DNA of 41,527 bases from IMG/VR virus record IMGVR_UViG_3300033067_001876, positions 1 to 41,527 of that record; one strand, written 5' to 3'. A model generated the notes under the pieces. It ran no database searches, had not been told where the DNA came from, and saw only the letters and a list, made by a program, of their open reading frames with translations. How positions within the stretch are numbered: position 1 is the stretch's first letter; each line of letters starts with the position of its first letter. The position numbers and the translations under genes are program-made. This DNA is from a virus (lineage: Duplodnaviria; Caudoviricetes). Of the stretch, positions 8,019 through 17,196 are shown piece by piece.

Positions 8019-8158
8019 GCGTAAACTCGTGTCAACCATGCGAAACACTGTTGCGCGTTAACGACACACCGTGTCGAGCCGTTTCGTCACACAAGCATAA
8101 GCAGAAGCAAAAGCAAAAGCAGATAACGGAACACTCCTCCGGCGAAGCCGGATGAGTG
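8011..8158. other. Putative replication origin / control region
   Basis: CGTGTCRA x3 (8011, 8028, 8070), (AAGCAN)x5 at 8093-8122, GCGAAGC hairpin at 8132-8158. Confidence 0.5.
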
Positions 8159-8212
8159 GGCTCATCCTTCGGAGAAAACGGACTTCTGGGGAAGGGAGTT
8201 TGCGTAATGGTC

Positions 8213-8218
8213 TAGGAT
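8213..8218 (+). promoter_or_regulatory. -10 element for the late operon, leaderless
   Basis: TAGGAT 7 nt before ATG 8226; no consensus -35 or SD. Confidence 0.4.
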
Positions 8219-8225
8219 TCTGTGC

Positions 8226-9119
8226 ATGACATTGGACGTGAACGGGTTTGGCACGACGCCTATGGCGACGTCCGTACCTGAACCTCTACCGACGCAACCC
8301 GTGGCCGCGCCAGCCGCCATGGCGCCTATCGCACCGCCCCAGGACAACCCTGGCGCTTCAGTGCAACCCGAACCGACCGCACCTCCTACCACTGCCGCTC
8401 AGCCTCGGATCGAGGCCTTCGGACGAACCTTCGAGAACGCTCAACAGCTCGAGGCCTACACCCGACACGTCATCCGATCCGCAGAGGGCCGCATCAGGGC
8501 AGAAGCAGCGTCACAAGGGACCCAAGCACCGCAGCCAGCCGTAAATCAGCCCCCCGCGCCACCCCAGGCGCCGCCCGAGCCGCAAGGTGCGTACGACGTG
8601 GAAACGTTCGTGCTCATCAAGACTCGATTCGGCGAGGAAGCCGCGGAGGACTACCGCTCGAAAGCTATCGCAGAGCATCACCAGAAGACCACCCAGGCGC
8701 TTCTCGACAAAACGCTCGCCCCCATGCGGGAGCGGGAAGAGGTCGAGTCGTTCCAGGCGGAAATCACGTCGATGTTCCAGAGGGCCGAAAGCGCAGCTGG
8801 AAGCAACGGGCAGCCGTTGATTCCGGAGCTGAAGAGCCAGCCGGCCGCGGAAGCGATCGTGAAAATCTGGCAGGAGTTCCCCATCGAGTATGCCCGCACC
8901 CCGGTCTCGATCTTGCGCGCAGCGCAGATCTACCGTGGTCAGGTCATGCAGATGGTCGCTCCGACGCCGCCGCCCCCGCAGAACGCCCCTTCTGGACAGA
9001 GCCTCGACTCAAGCGTCGGGCCGCCCAGCGGTTTCGTCCCCGGGATTCAGCCGCCGTCAAACATTCCACGCCCGTCCACGGTTCATCCCGTCACGGGTGA
9101 GAGGTACACAATCCAATGA
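8226..9119 (+). CDS. Putative capsid scaffolding protein
   Basis: Pro/Ala/Gln-rich ends, helical core, directly upstream of and coupled to the MCP. Confidence 0.7.
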   Translation: MTLDVNGFGTTPMATSVPEPLPTQPVAAPAAMAPIAPPQDNPGASVQPEPTAPPTTAAQPRIEAFGRTFENAQQLEAYTRHVIRSAEGRIRAEAASQGTQAPQPAVNQPPAPPQAPPEPQGAYDVETFVLIKTRFGEEAAEDYRSKAIAEHHQKTTQALLDKTLAPMREREEVESFQAEITSMFQRAESAAGSNGQPLIPELKSQPAAEAIVKIWQEFPIEYARTPVSILRAAQIYRGQVMQMVAPTPPPPQNAPSGQSLDSSVGPPSGFVPGIQPPSNIPRPSTVHPVTGERYTIQ

Positions 9120-10321
9120 CCTTCGTTGCTCCTCCCCTCACGCGTCCCACTGCGATCACCCAGTCCGTTGACCCTCAGGGCAACAACTCGACCGCGACAG
9201 TTCCACAAGTCGACCCGCGCCTTCACTGGCTCGAGCCCGACGTGGCGCCGTTCATCTCGCTTCTGGAGAACAAGATCCAGAAGTCCAAGCCGGTTCGGAA
9301 CTACCGGCACACGTGGTTCAAGCAGTATCCCTATCCGAATCAGGTGACGTCGCTCGGTGCCGTCGGCGCCGGGACGTCCACGGTCACCCTGGCGGTGGGC
9401 GACGGCGCTTACCTCGCCATCGACTACTCGCTGATGAACATTCGGACGGGTGAGATCGTTCGCGTCACCACGACTCCGACGAACGATTCCGTCGCCACCC
9501 GGCGCAGCATCGGCTCGAACGGTCCTTTCGACATCTTCGACGGCGACAAGTGGCTCATCCTGGGCCCGACGAACGAGGACGGCGCCGGCATGGGCCCGAT
9601 CCGCACCGTCGGAAACTCGGAGGACTACAACTTCACCGAGATCACCCGTCACCCGTTCGGTCTGACGGGACGCATGCTCACCACGGAGCGCTGGACCGGC
9701 CCCGCGATGGAAGAGGAGCAGCGGAAGGCGTGGCACGAGCACGCGAAGTCGCTCGAGCGCAAGGCGTTCTTCGGTCTGCGTGATCAGGATCTCGGAACGC
9801 TCGGCAACGGGCAGAACGCGATGGGCGGTCTCCGCGACTTCATCCGTCGCAACGTGTGGGATCTCGCCGGAGCGAACATCACGAAGACGTCCTTCGACGA
9901 CTTTGCGGTGGAGGTCGGCAAGTACGGCCGCGGTGGCTACCTGCACGGGACCGCGACGAAGGGCATCTTCTGCGGTCGCCAGATGGCGCAGGTCTTCATC
10001 GACTGGGCCGAGGGCAAGGTGCTGTATCGCCCGACGGATCGCGTGGTCGGCATGGAGGTGGACGTCATCCAGAACGCCTCATGCAAGTTCAACATCTTCA
10101 AATGTGGGACTTTCGACACGATTCCCGGCATGGAGAATCGCGCGTTCATCGTCGACATCAACGAGGTCTCGAGCGCTCCGTACGAGGGCCGGTCGACTTC
10201 GATGCTGAGCGACCGTCAGGCGAACGACATCGACGGGAAGAAGTTCGAATTCTTCACCGACCAGACGCTCGAAGTTCCGATGGAAGAGGCTCACGGGATG
10301 ATCCTCAACGCCGGGTTCTAA
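9116..10321 (+). CDS. Major capsid protein (DUF5309/SU10-like)
   Basis: YNFTEITRHPFGLTG, HAKSLERKAFFG, MGGLRDFI, TLEVPMEEAHG; 401 aa followed by a terminator. Confidence 0.85.
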   Translation: MTFVAPPLTRPTAITQSVDPQGNNSTATVPQVDPRLHWLEPDVAPFISLLENKIQKSKPVRNYRHTWFKQYPYPNQVTSLGAVGAGTSTVTLAVGDGAYLAIDYSLMNIRTGEIVRVTTTPTNDSVATRRSIGSNGPFDIFDGDKWLILGPTNEDGAGMGPIRTVGNSEDYNFTEITRHPFGLTGRMLTTERWTGPAMEEEQRKAWHEHAKSLERKAFFGLRDQDLGTLGNGQNAMGGLRDFIRRNVWDLAGANITKTSFDDFAVEVGKYGRGGYLHGTATKGIFCGRQMAQVFIDWAEGKVLYRPTDRVVGMEVDVIQNASCKFNIFKCGTFDTIPGMENRAFIVDINEVSSAPYEGRSTSMLSDRQANDIDGKKFEFFTDQTLEVPMEEAHGMILNAGF

Positions 10322-10343
10322 AGAGCCCGTCGTAGGCCGGATA

Positions 10344-10380
10344 GGGCCGGCCGCTTCAAACGGTCGGCCCTTCTCTCATT
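10344..10380 (+). terminator. Rho-independent terminator after MCP
   Basis: GGGCCGGCCG-7nt-CGGTCGGCCC followed by a pyrimidine tract. Confidence 0.7.
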
Positions 10381-10411
10381 CAACTCTCTCAACTTTCCAA
10401 GGATCAAAACC

Positions 10412-11338
10412 ATGAAGTTCAAGCCTCTGCTGATCGCCGTCGCCGTTGCCGTGCTGCTCTCGCTCTCGACGTCTCCCGTCTCCGCCCAGGACACGGCTCT
10501 GTTCTCGAACTACCTCAAGGGCGACACCGCCCAGATCGCTTTCAACCATGCGACCCAGGCCGGCGACGCCGCGCTCCTGATTCGCTACAACGCGAGCACG
10601 CTCGCCACCACGAAGCCGAGCGGCACGCTCCAGGTCACGACCACGACCCTCCTGTTCAAGACTGGACTGGCGGGCGCCGAAGTCGCTGATACGAGCGTGA
10701 AGTGTCCTTCCGGCGGAACGGGCGGGACGATCGACCTTACCGACGCCTCGTGCGACACGATCGGTGAGGTGGTCGACATCATCAACGCCTCGAGCGGGGA
10801 TCACTGGAAGGCGGTGAACTGGGCGGCCTTGAGGACGGATGGCGTGAACGACAAGTTCGTGGCCGCCGCGGCTGCGAGCGCGAACACGACTTCCGGTATC
10901 CAAGTCGTCTGGGACACGTCGAAGACGCTCTTCGCGGGCGGTGTGCTCGCTCCGGCGCCGTCGATCGACTCGTCCGGCCGCGTGCTCCAGACCATCGGCA
11001 TCCGGAACTTCCTCGACCCGAGCGGGAACCTCTATCCTCAGCCGTCCTACTTCACGCTCAAGCGAGCCGTCCTGCTCTATGCGAACGTGATGCAGACCGG
11101 GACCACGCCCGATTTCAAGATCTATTGCGTGGCGCCGATCTTCAGCGACGCCGGCTCGAGCGAGACCGTGACCCAGATCTACCAGCAGCGCCTCACGAGC
11201 GCCACGGTGACCGCAGTGAACTTCTCTCCGGTCGGGCTCCTTGGTTGCAAGGGTCAGAAGTTCCTGATCCGTACCGTTTCCAGCGCGACGGCGACGACGC
11301 CGTATCTGTTCGCGCATGGAAGCGTTTTCCCGATGTAA
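10412..11338 (+). CDS. Signal-peptide-bearing protein at the capsid decoration position
   Basis: MKFKPLLIAVAVAVLLSLSTSPVSA|QD; Thr/Ser/beta-rich; 4 Cys. Confidence 0.75.
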   Translation: MKFKPLLIAVAVAVLLSLSTSPVSAQDTALFSNYLKGDTAQIAFNHATQAGDAALLIRYNASTLATTKPSGTLQVTTTTLLFKTGLAGAEVADTSVKCPSGGTGGTIDLTDASCDTIGEVVDIINASSGDHWKAVNWAALRTDGVNDKFVAAAAASANTTSGIQVVWDTSKTLFAGGVLAPAPSIDSSGRVLQTIGIRNFLDPSGNLYPQPSYFTLKRAVLLYANVMQTGTTPDFKIYCVAPIFSDAGSSETVTQIYQQRLTSATVTAVNFSPVGLLGCKGQKFLIRTVSSATATTPYLFAHGSVFPM

Positions 11339-11377
11339 GATCCCGGGAGAACGCTTCCACTCTCGGAGATCACCCCT

Positions 11378-11947
11378 ATGCCAGCCCCAATCCAGCGAAA
11401 CAACCCCCCGGCCCGCCACGGGCTTCAGGGGAACCAGCGTGAGGTCGCCAAGGCGGCCGGGATTCTGTTCCCCGGTCCCGAGTCACGTGAACCTGGGCAG
11501 GGCGACGAAGAGGTGATCTTCGAGAGCATCTACTCCTTCTACCGTGTGCAGATCAACTCGCCCGACATCGAGGTCAATCTGGCGACGGGAACGAAGAAGA
11601 AGCAGCGGAACGACGTCATCAAGTTCACGAACGGGAAGTTCATCCCGAAGGGGGAGAACCGGGACCGCGATATCGCGTTCCTGAAGAGCTGCCCGAGCTT
11701 CGGGGAGCCGTTCAAGGGTCTCATGTGGCTGCGTGCCGAGCGACAGGCGCTCGACACGACCCGGGCGCTCGACGCCCTTACCGAGCAGCTCATCGCTCGT
11801 CCTGACCTTCTGGGCCCCGTTCAGAAGCGCCTCAAGGAGCTTGCCGGCGCCGGGAAGAAGTTCGCCCTTCCCACCGCGCTCGAGATGACTCCGGAACAGG
11901 CCGACGCCGACAAGGCGGTCGTGCCGGACTCGACGGACTCGCTCTGA
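11378..11947 (+). CDS. Hypothetical protein (head completion region)
   Basis: GGAG RBS; 189 aa. Confidence 0.7.
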   Translation: MPAPIQRNNPPARHGLQGNQREVAKAAGILFPGPESREPGQGDEEVIFESIYSFYRVQINSPDIEVNLATGTKKKQRNDVIKFTNGKFIPKGENRDRDIAFLKSCPSFGEPFKGLMWLRAERQALDTTRALDALTEQLIARPDLLGPVQKRLKELAGAGKKFALPTALEMTPEQADADKAVVPDSTDSL

Positions 11948-11951
11948 TCCT

Positions 11952-13163
11952 ATGACTCTGCCTCTCGTCGACGACCCTTCCATCGCGGATCTGGTGGATG
12001 ACACCGGGACCGGCCAGGACGGGACTGTTCTCTCAAAAGCCAATTTCGTAGCGATTGCGGAGGCTATCGACGATGCTCTGATCGCCCCCGGGGAGACACA
12101 GACCCCCGGGGAGACGACCACGGAGGTGATCGAGGCCAGGGGAAACATGCCGTCCCTGGACGATCGAATTTCAGGAGTAATCAACGACGACGGTGAGTTT
12201 ATCGTCTCTTCGAGCATCACTACATCTGTTGGCTATCAGCTGTCAGAGAATTTGGTCCAGAACGACGATTTCAGGGTGTGGGATCGAGACACAGCGATTG
12301 GAGTCAGTGTCGCTCCCGTTGGATATCTGCTGTATGGAACCGGAGTCTACACCGTAACAAAGTGCGGGATCGGACAAGCCGACACGAAGCAGCTCGGCGG
12401 AAGGTACTGCGCTCGAGTAGACACAACCGGGACAGCTGGCTTGCTTTTGCAAATCGCTCCAACGTCGTTGTTTGAGGACGACGCTTCTCGCCAGTATTCG
12501 ATTGGGTGCTACGTGTATGCGAACCAACCGAATCAAGCGCGGATGCAGATTGCGTCAGGCTCCGGCTCGGTAGTGACTCCGTACGCATCCATCTTGAACG
12601 GAAAAACGTGGATTTCGGCCACCGGCACACTGGGAGCTGCCGGGGGTGTCCTGTCCGTTCTCCTCGAGGTCGCGCAGCCTGGGACGGTCTATTTCGGCGG
12701 CGTCACCGTGGTATTCGGAGCGGTCGCTCCGCAGCGGTGGGTTCCGTGCCGTAAGGTCAGGCAGACGATGGTTTTACCTTTCAGCGCATTCGCGCTCGGC
12801 ACCGAAACATTGGTTCGTCCGTCGGTGTTTGCTTTCCCTGGTGGCGGACAGGACTTTGATCCGGTCGTTGTGGAAAAGGTCCATCTTTTCAATTACACGC
12901 TCGGGAACGCCTTAATGGTAAACGTGCAACGAGCCTACAGCGGTGCTTGGCAGGCAATGGTTGCTGCCCCGTTGGGCGGCTCTGTCACTCCGGACTATCC
13001 TGGCTACTCGACCGATGCCGACGTCGTTGAGGCCTACTCATGTTTCGGTGGAGCGAACAACAGCTCGATCGTGCGCGGAGTAATTACCACGGCTGGGACG
13101 GGCCCGATCGAGCCGTTTCACTTGGAACTTCTTTGCACTCGATATGCAAAGTTCTCACTGTGA
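11952..13163 (+). CDS. Putative fibre/appendage protein with carbohydrate-binding-like domain
   Basis: ARGNMPSLDDRI (BppU-like segment), NLVQNDDFRVWDR CBM-like start; lower GC in the distal part. Confidence 0.6.
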   Translation: MTLPLVDDPSIADLVDDTGTGQDGTVLSKANFVAIAEAIDDALIAPGETQTPGETTTEVIEARGNMPSLDDRISGVINDDGEFIVSSSITTSVGYQLSENLVQNDDFRVWDRDTAIGVSVAPVGYLLYGTGVYTVTKCGIGQADTKQLGGRYCARVDTTGTAGLLLQIAPTSLFEDDASRQYSIGCYVYANQPNQARMQIASGSGSVVTPYASILNGKTWISATGTLGAAGGVLSVLLEVAQPGTVYFGGVTVVFGAVAPQRWVPCRKVRQTMVLPFSAFALGTETLVRPSVFAFPGGGQDFDPVVVEKVHLFNYTLGNALMVNVQRAYSGAWQAMVAAPLGGSVTPDYPGYSTDADVVEAYSCFGGANNSSIVRGVITTAGTGPIEPFHLELLCTRYAKFSL

Positions 13164-13270
13164 GCCTTGGGCGGTATCGGCTAGGCATGTTGCGCCTGAA
13201 TGCGAGGGCGGCGTCTCGTAATGGGTGCTCCTGGGCTTTCTTTGAGATGATCTTGAGGCTGTTCCGATGA
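13160..13270 (+). CDS. 36-aa mini-protein
   Basis: GTGA and ATGA overlaps; SLGRYRLGMLRLN. Confidence 0.4.
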   Translation: MSLGRYRLGMLRLNARAASRNGCSWAFFEMILRLFR

Positions 13271-13512
13271 CAACAACTCCCCCGGGACGCGCAGGCGTTG
13301 ATGGTCCGATCACGGGACGGATTCGGGCCATCCTTACTGTCCGCCTCGGGGTTGCGAGCCTTGCCGTAGTGAGACTCGGGTTCTCTCAGCGGGAGACGCA
13401 GGACGCGACCGTGCTGGCCGACTCTGGGCCCTTCGTGGCGCAGTGGAGAGAAGATCCTGAGCCGGGGGAGTACGCCCCGGCCTATTCTGGGACTGAGGTG
13501 ATCGCTCCATGA
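13267..13512 (+). CDS. Hypothetical protein
   Basis: ATGA coupling on both sides; VRLGVASLAVVRLG. Confidence 0.55.
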   Translation: MTTTPPGRAGVDGPITGRIRAILTVRLGVASLAVVRLGFSQRETQDATVLADSGPFVAQWREDPEPGEYAPAYSGTEVIAP

Positions 13513-14222
13513 ACCGCGCCGAGATGCGAGCGATGTTGAAGGACTGCCTTCAGGAGCCACAGGGCGCCGAAACGGACTACTGGTCGATCCCGGCTCTGAA
13601 CGCGCTTCTGAACCGCGCGCTGCTGGCGATCGAGATGAAGGTGCTCCGGATCAATCCGACTGCCTTCATGCAGGTAGACACGTTCGCGCAGGTGGCGAAC
13701 AAGAACCTTTATCCGATCCCGCCTGGGTGCATCGCCATCCGCAAGGTGATCTGCACGCGCACGGGGAAGCGCCTTCGCATTCAGTCCGACGGGTACATGG
13801 ACGTGACCTATGGAGCTGGCGTCGGAGAGAACCTTGAGAACGTCACGACCGGGCAGGATCCGGCCGACTACGTTCCCTTCGGTCGCTACATCCGCGTGGG
13901 CCCGACTCCGAACGCCGCGCGCGCGAACGCTATCTCGATCGCCTACACGGCGTCGCTGACGATGGCGGAGGATACGGACGTGCCTCAGCTCGTTGAAGGC
14001 CTCCATGACGCCGTCGTGAACAAGGCGTGGGTCCTCGGGCTCCGGCCGACGGCGGACATCGGGCAGAAGGCGGCGGCGTCTCAGGCGCTCGAACAGTCGC
14101 TCGAGGATTTTGACGATCTGGCCGGTGTTCCGGTGGACAGCGCTATCCAGGTGATCCCCGACTTCGACCCCATCGACGGGCTCTATGGCGAGGTGTCGGC
14201 CTCGTCGGAACTTCGGTCTTGA
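13509..14222 (+). CDS. Head-to-tail adaptor (tail tubular A-like)
   Basis: MNRAEMR...YWSIPALNALLNRA...YPIPPGCIAIRKV...GPTP...HDAVV; synteny before the nozzle. Confidence 0.75.
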   Translation: MNRAEMRAMLKDCLQEPQGAETDYWSIPALNALLNRALLAIEMKVLRINPTAFMQVDTFAQVANKNLYPIPPGCIAIRKVICTRTGKRLRIQSDGYMDVTYGAGVGENLENVTTGQDPADYVPFGRYIRVGPTPNAARANAISIAYTASLTMAEDTDVPQLVEGLHDAVVNKAWVLGLRPTADIGQKAAASQALEQSLEDFDDLAGVPVDSAIQVIPDFDPIDGLYGEVSASSELRS

Positions 14223-16060
14223 AGAGCGATCTCCTTTCCCTGACGGACCTGGGGGGCGGGATCAATCGGTCGGTCAACGCGAACGCGATCGCGGACAACC
14301 AGTGTTCGTACATCGAGAACTTCGACGTGATCGAAAGCCGCTTGCGGCGCCGTGGTGGCATCCGTCGGCTGATGATGCGTCCGTTCGGGCCAACGGCGCC
14401 GTTCGGGTCGATTCCGTACCAGCCGACGAGCACGAGCGTCCACGGGATGCACTTCTTCGACTCCGGCGTGATGCTCTTCGGACAGTACGATCGTTTTGGG
14501 AAGAAGGACGGGTTTGGCGCCGTCGACATCAATAGCGGCGGAGTCACGGTCGACACGAGCCTAAATCCGTGGTCCTTCGTCGACAACAACGGGATCGTAT
14601 GGGGCGGGCGCCGCGGTGGTGGGCTTTGGAGAATAACGGAATCTTTCGCCTCTCACGCCGGGATCATCGCGCCGACAGTGGCAATGACGTCAGCGCATCC
14701 GAACCCCGGGAACGTCGGAGTCGGGACTTACAAGTACGTCTTCACCTATGTGACATTTGTAGGCGACGAAAGTGCCCAGAGCCTTGGGAACGTCGTGTCT
14801 CCGGTGGTGCCTTCACAAGTCGATCTTTCTGGCATCGTTGACTCAACTCAGCCCCAGGTGATCGGCAAACGGATCTACCGCACCCTACCGAACGATCTCG
14901 GGACGTACTGGTACGTTGGGACTGTCCCTGTGGGAACGACCACATTCACGGACGACGTCCCGAACGAAGAGCTGGGCGACCCGCTCGACGCTGACGTGAT
15001 CCTGCCTCCTTCGGAGTGCTACTCGCTGGCGAAGTGGCGAAACCGACTATGGGCTCACAACCGAATCGAGGTCTCGTGCTCGAAGATCAACCGATTCGAG
15101 ACGTTCGACCAGACGTTCGACTCATTCGATTGCCGCGGCGACCGCGAGGTGCGCGCGCTCCACGGGTGGGACAACCGGCTCATCGTCGGGACCACGGAGA
15201 AGCTGTATCAGGTGCTCGACACCGGGTTCGATGAGGCCGGCCAAAGGTTCGACGTCCAGGCGTTCTCACTCGATCATGGGTGCGCGTCGCACCACTCGAT
15301 GAAGTCGTCCGAGGGGATCCTGTTCTGGCTGGATCGGGACGGTGTCTATGCCTCCGGTGGCGGGGCGCCGTCGTGCATCTCGACTCCCTACGTTCGGGAC
15401 ATCATTCGGGACGCCGATCAAGACAGCCTCGAGCATGCGATCGCCTACGTGGATCAGGCGCGGACGGAATACGCCGTCTCGATCGGCCGGCCCGCAGCGT
15501 CTTCCCTGGGGGGGCGCCTGTTCGACCTGCAGCTGGTCTACAACTGGCGAAAGAACACGTGGACGACTCGAAGGTGGACTGAGGATTCCAACGACGGGGT
15601 TGGCGTGCTCTGCGCTCCCGCTGCGATGGTTCAGCGTGAGGACGTGACCTATGTCTCGTTCGGGACCTACAACGTCTATGAGACGAACGTCGGGAACCGT
15701 GACTCGTGCTACAACGACTTCCAGATTGAGGCCTCGGCCCGGTTCAAGGGCATTCAGGAGAACAAGGCTCGAACGCAGCTTCGGAAGGTGCTGGTCGAGA
15801 CCGTCTCGTGCGACGAGGAACTGACGACGCGGATCTATCAGGACGGGCGGCCGGCGATCGCGGCGACGAACACGAGTTCGCTCAACGCGACGCCGAACCG
15901 AGACCTGAAGAGGTTCAGCGTCGGGACGCGGACTGCGGACTGGCGCCCCCTGTGCAAGTATTTTGAGCTCGAAATCGAGTACTCGGGCGACACGCCTATC
16001 GACATCAACGAGGTGCACTTCGAGCGCGACCTCTTCTCGAACATGGGGCGTTCGCAGTGA
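14219..16060 (+). CDS. Tail nozzle / tubular B-like (stabilization) protein
   Basis: DLGGGIN...ENFD...LRRRGG N-terminus, beta-propeller-like repeats, GCASHHS; 613 aa. Confidence 0.8.
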   Translation: MKSDLLSLTDLGGGINRSVNANAIADNQCSYIENFDVIESRLRRRGGIRRLMMRPFGPTAPFGSIPYQPTSTSVHGMHFFDSGVMLFGQYDRFGKKDGFGAVDINSGGVTVDTSLNPWSFVDNNGIVWGGRRGGGLWRITESFASHAGIIAPTVAMTSAHPNPGNVGVGTYKYVFTYVTFVGDESAQSLGNVVSPVVPSQVDLSGIVDSTQPQVIGKRIYRTLPNDLGTYWYVGTVPVGTTTFTDDVPNEELGDPLDADVILPPSECYSLAKWRNRLWAHNRIEVSCSKINRFETFDQTFDSFDCRGDREVRALHGWDNRLIVGTTEKLYQVLDTGFDEAGQRFDVQAFSLDHGCASHHSMKSSEGILFWLDRDGVYASGGGAPSCISTPYVRDIIRDADQDSLEHAIAYVDQARTEYAVSIGRPAASSLGGRLFDLQLVYNWRKNTWTTRRWTEDSNDGVGVLCAPAAMVQREDVTYVSFGTYNVYETNVGNRDSCYNDFQIEASARFKGIQENKARTQLRKVLVETVSCDEELTTRIYQDGRPAIAATNTSSLNATPNRDLKRFSVGTRTADWRPLCKYFELEIEYSGDTPIDINEVHFERDLFSNMGRSQ

Positions 16061-16452
16061 AGGTCGTCTCTGAGATCGGGCCCCTGAACGTCGACACGAA
16101 AGGGCTGACTCAGGTCCAAGTCGAGATGCTTCGCCAGAAGATCAACGAGCTGTGCAAGACGCTCGGACTCACCGCCTACGTTCAGGACTCGACCGCGCTC
16201 AAGGTGCTCGGCGGGAACCAGCGCAACGCTCCAGTACTCCCGCGCGGGATGACGAATTACACCTTCCTGGCGACCTCCACGCCGGAGGAGGTGTCTCATG
16301 GTCTCGACCGGGTTCCGACCGGCTACCTTGTGATCCGCGCCTATCCTCAGCCGACTGTGCCGATCGGGGACGCATCTCTTGCGGACTGGAACACGAAAAC
16401 GGCGTGGCTTGCCGGCGAGGCCGGCGTGAACGTGACGATCCTCTGGTTTTGA
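16057..16452 (+). CDS. Hypothetical tail-associated protein
   Basis: VSHGLDRVPTGY motif; coupled to the nozzle. Confidence 0.65.
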   Translation: MKVVSEIGPLNVDTKGLTQVQVEMLRQKINELCKTLGLTAYVQDSTALKVLGGNQRNAPVLPRGMTNYTFLATSTPEEVSHGLDRVPTGYLVIRAYPQPTVPIGDASLADWNTKTAWLAGEAGVNVTILWF

Positions 16453-16477
16453 CGCTCGGGGTATTCTGATTCCAGAC

Positions 16478-16912
16478 ATGATGACTCCAAACGACGGGAT
16501 GGCGCGGGCGGCTCTCAAGGGGATCACCCTGCGTGTTCAGCGGCGCCCTGGCGCGCCGGACGCGACGGATGACCCCCTGGCGTCCACCATCATCGTAGAC
16601 GGGGCCTTGGATGACGAGATGGCTGGATACGCCGATCTCGACGCGATGGCGATGCTCGGGGAGGAGTCCGGCGAGCCCGCGGGCCTCATGGACGAGGCCG
16701 GCGAGTACCCCATGAGCGACATGGTGAACCGAGACACGGTTCACGACACCGCCTACATCGAGAACGATTACCCCCTCGCGGGGCAGGGCCCGGTGACGCA
16801 GGAAACGTCTCCGATGGACGGGCTCATGGGCATCCCGCCGCAGATGATGGGCGGCCGTCCTGATCCTCGGAAGCGCGCGGCGCCCGGGATCATGAAGGGT
16901 CTCGGGTTCTGA
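16478..16912 (+). CDS. Hypothetical acidic protein (internal virion region)
   Basis: 144 aa, in operon. Confidence 0.6.
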   Translation: MMTPNDGMARAALKGITLRVQRRPGAPDATDDPLASTIIVDGALDDEMAGYADLDAMAMLGEESGEPAGLMDEAGEYPMSDMVNRDTVHDTAYIENDYPLAGQGPVTQETSPMDGLMGIPPQMMGGRPDPRKRAAPGIMKGLGF

Positions 16913-17196
16913 TGATCCGCCCCGGTCCAAAGGAAGGGCCTCGCCCGTTCACCGCCACCCCTCCAGCCCCAGGCTCAGACCGCGGCGGCCGGCCTCCGCG
17001 GCCGAAGCTCGGAATTCTCGAGGGGAACGCTGCACCGCCTCAAAGCGCTGCACAAGCGCCCGCTGCTGCACCTGCAGGGCCTGACTTCACGACTTACGGA
17101 AAATGGCCTTCGATGGGCGACCCGAACGGTCCGAAGCCGAACTATGTCCCCGGGCAGGGGAACTACAACCCTTTCGAGAAGCGGTGGATTGACTGA
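16912..17196 (+). CDS. Hypothetical Pro-rich protein
   Basis: TGATG coupling on both sides. Confidence 0.55.
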   Translation: MIRPGPKEGPRPFTATPPAPGSDRGGRPPRPKLGILEGNAAPPQSAAQAPAAAPAGPDFTTYGKWPSMGDPNGPKPNYVPGQGNYNPFEKRWID

